Virus record (IMG/VR): IMGVR_UViG_3300005326_000106 | Coordinates: 1 to 28,852 of that record | Origin: a virus | Taxonomy: Duplodnaviria > Caudoviricetes | Direction: 5' to 3' (one strand) | DNA length: 28,852 bases | In this document: positions 1-7,596 of the stretch, piece by piece | Layout: every line of letters starts with the position of its first letter | Numbering within the stretch: position 1 is the first letter of the stretch | Program-made: the position numbers and the translations under genes | Notes under the pieces: model-generated | Seen by the model: only the letters and a program-made list of their open reading frames with translations | The model's database searches: none | What the model was told of the DNA's origin: nothing

Positions 1-147
1 GCCCATTCGGTTAAGCTTTCCCGGACCCACGGCCACAACTTCAAACCGCGCCGGTTTGCTTCTGCTCACATCGGAAACATAGACGCCGGATTTGGTTTGC
101 TCTTTTTTCTCATACTTCAAAAAAACAAAATCTGATAATGGTTGCAT
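1..147 (-). CDS. groES: Co-chaperonin GroES-like protein (5' part; runs off the window edge)
   Basis: Manual translation from ATG at 147: MQPLSDFVFLKYEKKEQTKSGVYVSDVSRSKPARFEVVAVGPGKLNRMG. It shows the GroES signatures PLxD, the TKSG mobile loop, KP and EVVAVGPG. Not in the ORF track. Confidence 0.88.
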   Translation of the reverse strand, partial: MQPLSDFVFLKYEKKEQTKSGVYVSDVSRSKPARFEVVAVGPGKLNRMG

Positions 148-180
148 TTTTTATTTAATTAATTTATTTCTCCCGACCTT

Positions 181-288
181 TTATTTTCTCAAAACATCAA
201 CCCACAAACTCCACCCCCCATAAGTCACTAAAAAACTGACTATCGCAATCACTAAAAACCATATCCCCGCCCCGATGTTTTCGTTCAT
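181..288 (-). CDS. Small single-pass membrane protein (35 aa)
   Basis: Manual translation MNENIGAGIWFLVIAIVSFLVTYGGWSLWVDVLRK. It has an A-rich upstream region and fills the operon gap. Confidence 0.6.
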   Translation of the reverse strand: MNENIGAGIWFLVIAIVSFLVTYGGWSLWVDVLRK

Positions 289-380
289 AGATTTTTATGC
301 AGAGTAGCTTTCCGCCCGCTCTCTGCGCCCCGGCCAATTAAGCGACGCCGCTCGCCTCCGGTCAACTGCCACCTGAAAAG

Positions 381-581
381 CTATTTCTCCCAACAACAGT
401 TTTTGAATTTCTTCATCGATCCGCAAGGACATTTGTCGTTCTTGCTTATTTTGATTGGAGTCCCGTGATATTCGGGAACAGAATTTGAATCGATAAGTTG
501 ATAATGGCTACGATCTTCACCGGCCAATATTCTTCGGTTCATTTCTTCTTCCGACATTATTTCTCCGGTTCGATTATCCAT
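381..581 (-). CDS. SEC-C zinc-binding motif protein
   Basis: C-terminal KISKNDKCPCGSMKKFKNCC matches the SEC-C motif (NDxCPCGSxKKxKxCC). Confidence 0.85.
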   Translation of the reverse strand: MDNRTGEIMSEEEMNRRILAGEDRSHYQLIDSNSVPEYHGTPIKISKNDKCPCGSMKKFKNCCWEK

Positions 582-582
582 A

Positions 583-843
583 TTAATCCTTCCAGGTTAT
601 TGCCTTCACCGCCCGCATTTGTGCGGTTTCGGCTTCAGTAATGGCCACGGAATAAAGCCTTTTTGCTTCGGGATTATCTGTCCCGGACCGTAAACTGTTC
701 ATATCGTCAATGATTTGAGCGTAATACGTTTTGATCGTTTTAACTCCCGAATCACCGCTCGGATTAAAAGTTAATCCGACTGCTTTTTCGCCGAATGTCA
801 ACTCTCTTTCTCTTTCTGTTTCTGTTTGTGGTTCTGACTGCAT
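583..843 (-). CDS. Acb2/Tad1-like helical-hairpin protein (candidate immune-signal sponge)
   Basis: FNPSG followed by a helical hairpin ending KRLYSVAITEAETAQMRAVKAITW resembles the RxxSxAxTxxExAxMWAxxA helix seen in Acb2/Tad1-type domains. Confidence 0.55.
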   Translation of the reverse strand: MQSEPQTETERERELTFGEKAVGLTFNPSGDSGVKTIKTYYAQIIDDMNSLRSGTDNPEAKRLYSVAITEAETAQMRAVKAITWKD

Positions 844-920
844 TTTATTTCGCCGCCTTATGAGCTGGCGTATTAATTTTTTTAAAACTTTTATTCTGCC
901 AATTTCACCAACTACCGAAA

Positions 921-1232
921 TTATATTTCCAGACGATCCATAATGTCGTCTAGGGCGACATTGGCTTGGTTCACCGAAAATGAAAATTCCCTAACCCTTT
1001 TCCCGATCCGGCACAATTCGGGTTTTGCTGAAGGCTCCTCCTCTTCCGCTTTCAGATCTCTTATTGCCAAGGCTGGCTCAAGGTCTTCGGTTAATTTTTT
1101 AATTTTTTCGCGCAACCATGAAATTTGATCAGCCAACCGGTCAAATTCAATCGCTACTTCTTTTTTCTTTCTGCTTCCATCGCCGATAGGATCACACTCA
1201 TCGACAAACGTCTTTTTCTCAAAATTTTCCAT
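921..1232 (-). CDS. Hypothetical coiled-coil protein
   Basis: 103 aa ORF tightly packed in the operon, with heptad-like helices. Confidence 0.7.
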   Translation of the reverse strand: MENFEKKTFVDECDPIGDGSRKKKEVAIEFDRLADQISWLREKIKKLTEDLEPALAIRDLKAEEEEPSAKPELCRIGKRVREFSFSVNQANVALDDIMDRLEI

Positions 1233-1238
1233 ATGAAT

Positions 1239-1700
1239 TTATTTATTTTTTAATCTTGATTTCTTCGACATTTTCCCGATTGTTTGGGAAACTTCCCCTT
1301 TCGCTTCCGGATTTTCTTCCTTCCAGCCAAAACTTTTGGCGAATTCCGCTTTTTCGCGCATATTCTTGGCATCCGCCTTGCTGTCAAATATTCTTTCGTT
1401 GATCGTGCAGATCGTTGCTTCCGCTTGCTGCAGATATTCCGTCGCATCCGCGATCTGCGGTTCCAGTTCCTGCCTCACCGCCTTATATTCTTCCCGGGCT
1501 TGCCGCGTTTTATCCTTCGGTTCTGCGTCTTTGATTTTTTGTTGCAACGCTTCCCGGTTATCCATCGCCTTTTTTTGTTCGGCTTTTAGCTTGTCCACCC
1601 GGACCTGATCGAACGCCGCGCCGCACTCCAATCTCCAAGCCTTCTCCTCGCAATCTAAAATAAATTTGCTCCTCGTTTCTTCTATTTTTTGTGTATTCAT
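1239..1700 (-). CDS. Hypothetical coiled-coil protein
   Basis: Start reassigned to ATG 1700 (MNTQKIEE), which follows an A-run and avoids overlap with the upstream gene. E/K/Q/A-rich. Confidence 0.7.
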   Translation of the reverse strand: MNTQKIEETRSKFILDCEEKAWRLECGAAFDQVRVDKLKAEQKKAMDNREALQQKIKDAEPKDKTRQAREEYKAVRQELEPQIADATEYLQQAEATICTINERIFDSKADAKNMREKAEFAKSFGWKEENPEAKGEVSQTIGKMSKKSRLKNK

Positions 1701-1749
1701 TTTTTTGTTTTTAGAAGATTTTAGAAAATCACCCTTATTGAATGTTTGA

Positions 1750-2202
1750 CTATTCGGCACCGGGATCATCATCCATCCCGCTATCTCCTTCGGTCTTGAA
1801 CATCGACTTTCTCGCCTTGCTTCTTTTCTCAAGCTCGCCTTTCATAATCAGCGTATAAATATACGCCTGGACGGCCGGAGCGTTACGACCCACTGCAACG
1901 GCAATATCATCGACCCGATCACCCGCTTTCCACATCCGCATGATCTTTTCCTTTTCCTCTGGGGTGTATCGTTTTACTTCCCCGAAAATAGGCTTTTTGA
2001 TTTCTGGCGGATTCAATTTAATTCGAGTGGATTTTTGCCCGGGTAACGTGATTATTTTTTCTTTCTTCGGTTTTTCCGGGGTGGGCGTTATTTCCGCGGA
2101 CCCCTCCGCTTGTTCAATTTCTTCAAACAAAATACCTTTAATTTTTTCTTGGATATCTTGCGGTGGAATCACAACTACGCCATTTGCGAATTCTATTTTC
2201 AT
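1750..2202 (-). CDS. Helix-turn-helix DNA-binding protein (GcrA/sigma-region-4-like C-terminus)
   Basis: YTPEEKEKIMRMWKAGDRVDDIAVAVGRNAPAVQAYI is a typical HTH pattern. Confidence 0.65.
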   Translation of the reverse strand: MKIEFANGVVVIPPQDIQEKIKGILFEEIEQAEGSAEITPTPEKPKKEKIITLPGQKSTRIKLNPPEIKKPIFGEVKRYTPEEKEKIMRMWKAGDRVDDIAVAVGRNAPAVQAYIYTLIMKGELEKRSKARKSMFKTEGDSGMDDDPGAE

Positions 2203-2516
2203 TTTTTTATAACCGCACCTTTCGGCAGCGGAAAACTACTAATAAGTATTTCATCTCCGACCCGGCCTTTGCCGCTTTTTGTTTTCGTTGTCCGGTACGA
2301 CAGCGAATAATGTTTAATCCAAATCTTTTTCAAGTGCATCCGATAATATCGACCGTCCTTATCTTTATGCACGCCCAAAAAAGTTCCATTATCTAAACCC
2401 GAAATATATTCGCGCGAAAACATTTGTTTGCCGTTAATCCTTGCGACCAGCGCCAAAAACTGATCGATGGATAAATTCTTGCGCGACATTTTTTTGATTT
2501 CTTGTTCGGTAAACAT
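2199..2516 (-). CDS. Hypothetical basic protein
   Basis: Start reassigned to ATG 2516 (MFTEQEIKK). Its stop overlaps the next start (ATGA). Confidence 0.6.
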   Translation of the reverse strand: MFTEQEIKKMSRKNLSIDQFLALVARINGKQMFSREYISGLDNGTFLGVHKDKDGRYYRMHLKKIWIKHYSLSYRTTKTKSGKGRVGDEILISSFPLPKGAVIKK

Positions 2517-2532
2517 TTTATCGGGTTGAAAA

Positions 2533-3405
2533 TCACAAAACTTCGATATATTCCCACAAAATACCATTCACGATCTCCATTTGTTCGGGATATTCCTTGA
2601 CCTTGGTACCCACCGGCAAAACCTTGATAACTTTCCCGTTTGGCGTAATCCGCAAATTCAATCCTATTTTGGCAATTACTTTGCCGTCCTGGATGTAATC
2701 CTTGGCGGCATAGCCATATACCCCTGCCGGCGGCGTCAATAAATTATCAGTCTTCACAAACCAGCTCTCAAAAGGCAAATAAATCGGCGGATGGTAATAA
2801 ATTCCTTTATCGGCTTTTTTATCTCCCCAACTGTTTTGGAGGATTCCGTTCTTGTCCCGGCCATAACCGCACCTGTCGATTGCATGGTTCCACTGCGATT
2901 CGCCTGGTAATGGTGTCCTGACGTGGGCTTCTTGCCATCCGGGATTTGATCCGGTAAACCCACTAAGCAACATTCCATATAAAAAAGTGGCTTCATCCAA
3001 TCTTGAAAGATCATCGACCATGCCATAAGCGCCGATCTTCCACTTGACCGGATCTCCGCCGCCCAGCGGCATCGCGCCAACCTTTTGCATAATCTGCAGC
3101 ACTGCCCTGAAATACGTTCCTTTGACCTCTGGTATACCGTCAATCAGTTTGCATTGCTGATAGAGCCACTCTCCGTCAAATTCGATCGCAATCCCCTGTT
3201 TATAGGCCAAATATGACCGCAGGACCGCCCCGGCGTGTCCCACACATGACGGATTACTGCCTTGGTTATGAATCGGGATTTTGAACGTCCGTGGCATATT
3301 ATCCGGAATTTCTGCGGGAATCGGAGCAACCGCTGACATCGGAAAATCACGAGCATCTACAGGGCTGGCAATCAACCCCGGTAAAAACAATTCTGTGTTT
3401 TGCAT
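2533..3405 (-). CDS. Papain-family (C1A-like) cysteine peptidase with C-terminal SH3b-like domain
   Basis: Catalytic motifs QGSNPSCVGHA (Gln/Cys), NHAI (His) and QNSWG (Asn). The C-terminal GLNLRITPNGKVIKVLPVGTKV...W is SH3b-like. Confidence 0.8.
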   Translation of the reverse strand: MQNTELFLPGLIASPVDARDFPMSAVAPIPAEIPDNMPRTFKIPIHNQGSNPSCVGHAGAVLRSYLAYKQGIAIEFDGEWLYQQCKLIDGIPEVKGTYFRAVLQIMQKVGAMPLGGGDPVKWKIGAYGMVDDLSRLDEATFLYGMLLSGFTGSNPGWQEAHVRTPLPGESQWNHAIDRCGYGRDKNGILQNSWGDKKADKGIYYHPPIYLPFESWFVKTDNLLTPPAGVYGYAAKDYIQDGKVIAKIGLNLRITPNGKVIKVLPVGTKVKEYPEQMEIVNGILWEYIEVL

Positions 3406-3418
3406 ATTTATATAAAAT

Positions 3419-3985
3419 TTATATTAGTTCCGGCTTGATCTTCATTAAAAGAACTTTCGCGGCGTTTTTACCATCCTCCGCTTTGAACATAACCGCCTTG
3501 TTATCATCGCCACCGACATTAATTTTCACTTCTCTAAAATCCTTCAACAGCTTTGCGACCTTTAGCAGCTCATCGCCGGCAACGATTATCTTGATCGGCT
3601 GATTTTCCGCATCCGCGATCAATTCGCTATGGTCCGGAAATTCATCATCGATCTTGCCAATCTCGTAAATCCGCTTGTTGGTTTTATCGGTAGCAAACAA
3701 TGTTGCTGTTTCCGCTTCTTCTTTGCTGAAAAATACATTCTCCATCTCCGGCATATCCGGCAATTTCTTTCCGGGTTTAACCCCGGTCAAATTCAAGGTC
3801 ATTGCCCCTTTCGGAAAAATCGCGCCAAACGGTATTTGCGGCGATGCTTTGGATGTAATTTCCGCATAGACTATTCCATCGGATACCGCGGCTTTGTTGC
3901 CGGCGATATGAACACCCAAATACGACGGCCGCACGGATAATTTTCTCGCTATGTTCTGCAACTCTAATTGTTTTTTAGACAACAT
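3419..3985 (-). CDS. DNA polymerase III beta (sliding clamp)-like protein, short form
   Basis: RPSYLGVHI...AAVSDG resembles DnaN RPxLxGV...VATDG. KIDDEFPDHSELI resembles LIDGxFPDYxxVI. The end VLLMKIK resembles YLxMPxR. Confidence 0.6.
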   Translation of the reverse strand: MLSKKQLELQNIARKLSVRPSYLGVHIAGNKAAVSDGIVYAEITSKASPQIPFGAIFPKGAMTLNLTGVKPGKKLPDMPEMENVFFSKEEAETATLFATDKTNKRIYEIGKIDDEFPDHSELIADAENQPIKIIVAGDELLKVAKLLKDFREVKINVGGDDNKAVMFKAEDGKNAAKVLLMKIKPELI

Positions 3986-3989
3986 CGGT

Positions 3990-4148
3990 TTATTTATTTT
4001 TACCGGCCGATTCGAATTCCTTTTGGCACTTAACGCATTTGACTGCTTTATATTCCCCCAGCGGCAATTTATTTCCCCAAAGGCAATTCGGGCAAGCCCA
4101 GTGCATAATTCTTCCGTTTGATCCGATTTTGACTTTTTCTTTTTCCAT
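3990..4148 (-). CDS. Small zinc-ribbon protein
   Basis: From ATG 4148 (MEKEKVKIG), with CPNC...CVKC. Confidence 0.6.
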   Translation of the reverse strand: MEKEKVKIGSNGRIMHWACPNCLWGNKLPLGEYKAVKCVKCQKEFESAGKNK

Positions 4149-4152
4149 TTTT

Positions 4153-4338
4153 TTAATTGCTATTAATTTCTTCAATCCTGATAATGACTTTCCTTTCTCC
4201 GGTGTAATCGTTTGCCGCATGGTCTTTCTGAAACTTGGCCGCGGCGCTGATCCTGCTTGACGCTTCGACAGTTTCAAATTGATAATCTCCGGAATTTTCC
4301 GCATCCACCGTATCGTAAGTTATTCGAAATTTTGGCAT
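4153..4338 (-). CDS. Hypothetical protein
   Basis: From ATG 4338 (MPKFRITYD), giving non-overlapping tiling with its neighbours. Confidence 0.6.
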   Translation of the reverse strand: MPKFRITYDTVDAENSGDYQFETVEASSRISAAAKFQKDHAANDYTGERKVIIRIEEINSN

Positions 4339-4343
4339 AGATT

Positions 4344-4535
4344 TTATTTGGCTATTGGTTTTTTGTTGAATATTGTAAAAAATAATTTCCCGCATCCGTA
4401 GGGATAAGGTAAATTCCCGCCGCACCTTCCAAAACTCAAAATGAATCTGCCAATCTTAATCCTTTCGTGATAACATCTGCACCCGCACTTTCGGCAAACC
4501 GGCTGCTGCGCTATTGGTACCGTTTCTTCCTCCAT
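4344..4535 (-). CDS. Small Cys-rich (putative zinc finger) protein
   Basis: CRKCGC...CGG...CGK, tiled within the operon. Confidence 0.55.
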   Translation of the reverse strand: MEEETVPIAQQPVCRKCGCRCYHERIKIGRFILSFGRCGGNLPYPYGCGKLFFTIFNKKPIAK

Positions 4536-4540
4536 ATTTT

Positions 4541-6223
4541 TTATTCGAATAATTTTTCGGCAGCGGTGATTTCCCCGAACCGGTTAATTTTAATCAACTG
4601 GCGCGAGTTGAGTCTTTGCAAATACGTGTCCCGGCTTGATCTTTGGTACCCGGTCAATACGCTGATTTGATCTCTTGTATATGGGTTTGGGAAATAAAGT
4701 ATCAAACTCTCAAAAATCTTTTTTTCTCCCGCCGGCAACGTCGCAAGATAATGATCACGCAATTCTTTTCCCGCCGGCAACGGACGGAAGTCGGATCCCA
4801 AATTATCCTGCCCGGCATTCGTCACAAAAAACTTATCACCTTGCTCAACCACATACACGCGCTGGCGCAATCTCTGCAAATACGTGTCCCGGCTGCTACG
4901 CTTATATCCGGTCAAAACCGTCAAATGTTCCCGGGTAATTCCTTCAGATCCAGATTGGGCCACGGCCATTAAAATTTGCTTTTCGCCTTTTCCGATCGTT
5001 AGTTCGCCAGAATTAGGCGTCAATCCGGTTTTAAGCGCAATAATTCCCCCTGGTTTCATATTCGAAAATTCTTTCGGAGAAACTTGATTTGTCTTCGCTG
5101 TAAACATCGGATTGATAAACTTTGCCAAATCCGCGGAAAACTTATTGACGCTCGTTTCAATGATCGCCGAATGATCCTTAATCTCCTTCATCATCCGCCG
5201 CATATTGCGTTCCGCAACCTTTAGTTTTTCTAGTGTGCGCTTTCCGACGGCCGGAACCTCGATGCGCTCTATTTTTGTTACCGGCGCGTTGGGATTCGCT
5301 TTTTTGGCCTGCGTGAGATCCCGCCGCAATTGCGTTATTTCCATTTTAAATTCCGCAATGGTCCTCAATTCCTTTTCCGCTTCTTGTGGTAAATCGGTAA
5401 GTTTTTTCAGGACGCTTTTGATCTTATCTGTTGGCGGCAGAACCTGCGCGACTATCCGCGATCCGGCTTTGGGATGGGTAGTTTCGACCGGTCCGGACAC
5501 CAACTTGATAACTTCCTTGGAAATCGCCGGGCCGAAGGCAAAGAACTCTCCCGGGTCCAGTTGCCGCAGCGAAAAGAATTGATCCTTGCTGGTAAATCCC
5601 AACTCTTCGCCGGCGCGCTTCATGTCGATGTCCATTGTTGCGCGGCCGATAAGCTTGTTATTACACTCGGCTGCGGCATCTTTGGAAAGTTTAGAGATCC
5701 GCTGCGTGGCGATCACCGCGCAATATCCGCGCTTCCGGCCGCGGGATGCCAGATCGATCACCGATCCCAGTGCTTCGCTTTCTCCTTTCTCCGGCGCGAA
5801 TACGTGGGCTTCGTCCAGGACCACAATGCATGAATGCCAGAGATCCTTGGGCGCGTTGATCATGGAATCCAGGAATAATTTGACGAAGTGCTTGCGTTCT
5901 TGCGGCGGAAGCTCATAAAGATCGATTATCGCCGAAACGTTTAGCTCAAGCAGCTTGCGAGCCAGGAGCGCGGCGCTGCGCGATTCTGCCGGCATATCGC
6001 CACCCTCGCCAACCAGGATATAGTCAAACTTTTCCCGCAGCGTAGAAAACTCGCCTTCCGGATCGATCACGATCTGCTGCACCTTGCCGTGCGACTGTTC
6101 CAGTATCCGGCGCAAGAGTTGGGATTTTCCGCCGCCGGAATTTGCCTGGATAAGCAACCGGCTGTCGATTAATTTCGGCACATCGATTGCAACTTCGTTG
6201 TTTAATTTGATTGATTCGTTCAT
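4541..6223 (-). CDS. HerA/DUF87-family P-loop ATPase with coiled coil and two C-terminal winged-helix repeats
   Basis: Walker A QANSGGGKS, IDPEGEF, Walker B VVLDEAH, GRKRG and ATQR. The motif LTGY(K/Q)RSSRDTYLQRL is duplicated. Confidence 0.88.
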   Translation of the reverse strand: MNESIKLNNEVAIDVPKLIDSRLLIQANSGGGKSQLLRRILEQSHGKVQQIVIDPEGEFSTLREKFDYILVGEGGDMPAESRSAALLARKLLELNVSAIIDLYELPPQERKHFVKLFLDSMINAPKDLWHSCIVVLDEAHVFAPEKGESEALGSVIDLASRGRKRGYCAVIATQRISKLSKDAAAECNNKLIGRATMDIDMKRAGEELGFTSKDQFFSLRQLDPGEFFAFGPAISKEVIKLVSGPVETTHPKAGSRIVAQVLPPTDKIKSVLKKLTDLPQEAEKELRTIAEFKMEITQLRRDLTQAKKANPNAPVTKIERIEVPAVGKRTLEKLKVAERNMRRMMKEIKDHSAIIETSVNKFSADLAKFINPMFTAKTNQVSPKEFSNMKPGGIIALKTGLTPNSGELTIGKGEKQILMAVAQSGSEGITREHLTVLTGYKRSSRDTYLQRLRQRVYVVEQGDKFFVTNAGQDNLGSDFRPLPAGKELRDHYLATLPAGEKKIFESLILYFPNPYTRDQISVLTGYQRSSRDTYLQRLNSRQLIKINRFGEITAAEKLFE

Positions 6224-6227
6224 TTTT

Positions 6228-6455
6228 TTAATCTCTTATCCCGAACAGCGGCCTTTGTTTTTTTTGGCCGATCATAAATTCCGAGCTGGCCGAAACTGTT
6301 TCGATTGCATTGACATCGCGCACTTTCTCCAATCTTTTTTGAAGCAAATAATCCCGATAATTTTTATACCCCTTCAAAACCCCATCCCTCTTCAACCGGT
6401 CAAAAAGAATTTCAATATTTGATTGTTTCAGTTGTTGACTAATCATTTTTCGCAA
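6228..6455 (-). CDS. Hypothetical protein
   Basis: 75 aa ORF tiled between the HNH and ATPase genes with 3-4 nt gaps. Confidence 0.6.
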   Translation of the reverse strand: MRKMISQQLKQSNIEILFDRLKRDGVLKGYKNYRDYLLQKRLEKVRDVNAIETVSASSEFMIGQKKQRPLFGIRD

Positions 6456-6458
6456 TAA

Positions 6459-7007
6459 TCAATATCTCGCACGCTTCAAGCTCGTTAACGCTGCTTCCCG
6501 CCGCCTATCAAATTTTTTGCACTTTGATCCCGTTGGGCTGGTAAATTGGTTCAGATGCGGATTATGTTTGCTTGAGATCTCTTTAACCGTCAAACACACA
6601 AGATTGGCAATATTGTTATTCGATCGATCTTTGTCTTTGTGGTGAATTCCGCAACCGATTGGTAATTTCCCGTTAAATTTTTCCCAGACATAAACGTGCA
6701 GCTGCTTTCTGTCCCCGGAAGTCGCCCGCCAATATCCGTCATTCCTTGCTGTAAATTTTCTGCCGCCCACAATCACGAATGGTTTAACCGGCTTGCTTCG
6801 AAGTTTGTATCCCCGGGTTCTGAAAACGTCATAGATTGCCTGGCGGGTTTTGCGATACATATTGCCAACTTCGGCCAATGATTTCGGCTTCCCATCCGGA
6901 CCGCGGCGATACATCGCATACATCGCCGCTACCAAATCATTATTCTTTCGCCGCGGATGTTTGTTATATCGAATTTTATTGGCAACCTTTTCAAATGTTC
7001 CACTCAT
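6459..7007 (-). CDS. HNH endonuclease with N-terminal HTH
   Basis: LHVYVWEKFNG...IHHKDKDRSNNNIANL is the HNH motif. SLAEVGNMYRKTRQAIYDVF is HTH-like. Confidence 0.85.
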   Translation of the reverse strand: MSGTFEKVANKIRYNKHPRRKNNDLVAAMYAMYRRGPDGKPKSLAEVGNMYRKTRQAIYDVFRTRGYKLRSKPVKPFVIVGGRKFTARNDGYWRATSGDRKQLHVYVWEKFNGKLPIGCGIHHKDKDRSNNNIANLVCLTVKEISSKHNPHLNQFTSPTGSKCKKFDRRREAALTSLKRARY

Positions 7008-7011
7008 AAAA

Positions 7012-7596
7012 TCATTTCCAAATTATTTTGGCTTCGCTATCGGCAAACTCGAGCCAATCGCCACCATCTTCAGGGATGCACCATATTCGACCCTTCGACC
7101 ATCGCATTTGCATTCCCCGGTATGTTGGCTTTCCCCCGTTTTTTACTCTTTTAACGAAAGATCCTTCTTTTAAAGAGTCTTTTAATATATAAGGATTAGA
7201 CCCCTGACCGTTTTGCGTCGTTGACCCCTGACCGTTTCGGGTACCTTTACCCCTGACCGTTTGGTCAGGGGTCTGAATGACCATAATAAGCTCAAAATTG
7301 ATGTTTACCTCGTCAGCCCTTCCGGGATGTGTTTTTACGGTTATCAACTGGTTATCAACAAGCTCTTTTTTACGTCGGCGGGCTTCGCGAACAACACACC
7401 CCATCCGTCTGGCAAGATACGCGGCATTCCATTTTATGTTTTCCATGTTTGCCTTGGCGTATATACCAAAAAGGTGCTTAGCTCCCCAGCTAAGCGCCTT
7501 GCTGGCCATCAGTTCTTCTGGGATCGGAAGAAAACTGAATCCTAACTTTAAATTTTTTTGGTTGTCCATAGCGCAGACTATGTTTACGATTAACAA
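7012..7596 (-). CDS. Phage replication initiator-like protein (N-terminal HTH); true start may be the internal MDNQKN
   Basis: IPEELMASKALSWGAKHLFG...YLARRMGC...RRKKELVDNQLI fits phage initiator wHTH domains, and the gene carries internal iterons. Confidence 0.7.
   Translation of the reverse strand: MLIVNIVCAMDNQKNLKLGFSFLPIPEELMASKALSWGAKHLFGIYAKANMENIKWNAAYLARRMGCVVREARRRKKELVDNQLITVKTHPGRADEVNINFELIMVIQTPDQTVRGKGTRNGQGSTTQNGQGSNPYILKDSLKEGSFVKRVKNGGKPTYRGMQMRWSKGRIWCIPEDGGDWLEFADSEAKIIWK
7141..7272. repeat. Putative replication origin: three iterons plus one inverted copy and an AT-rich flank
   Basis: ACCCCTGACCGTTT at 7200, 7224 and 7249; inverted GGTCAGGGGT at 7263-7272; AT-rich 7141-7199. 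Confidence 0.75.

Noticed and set aside
893-918. GGTAGTTGGTGAAATTGGCAGA (minus strand) resembling the 5' half of a tRNA-Leu
   Set aside because: No anticodon arm, T-arm or 3' acceptor strand follows; at most a remnant or a chance match.
4614-4918. Imperfect direct repeat suggesting a DGR variable/template repeat pair
   Set aside because: Both copies are in-frame wHTH repeats of one protein, the differences are not adenine-specific, and no reverse transcriptase is present.
7200-7262. Regularly spaced repeats as a mini-CRISPR array near a Cas4-like nuclease
   Set aside because: Repeats of 14 bp with 10-11 bp spacers are too short and lie within an initiator gene; iterons explain them better.
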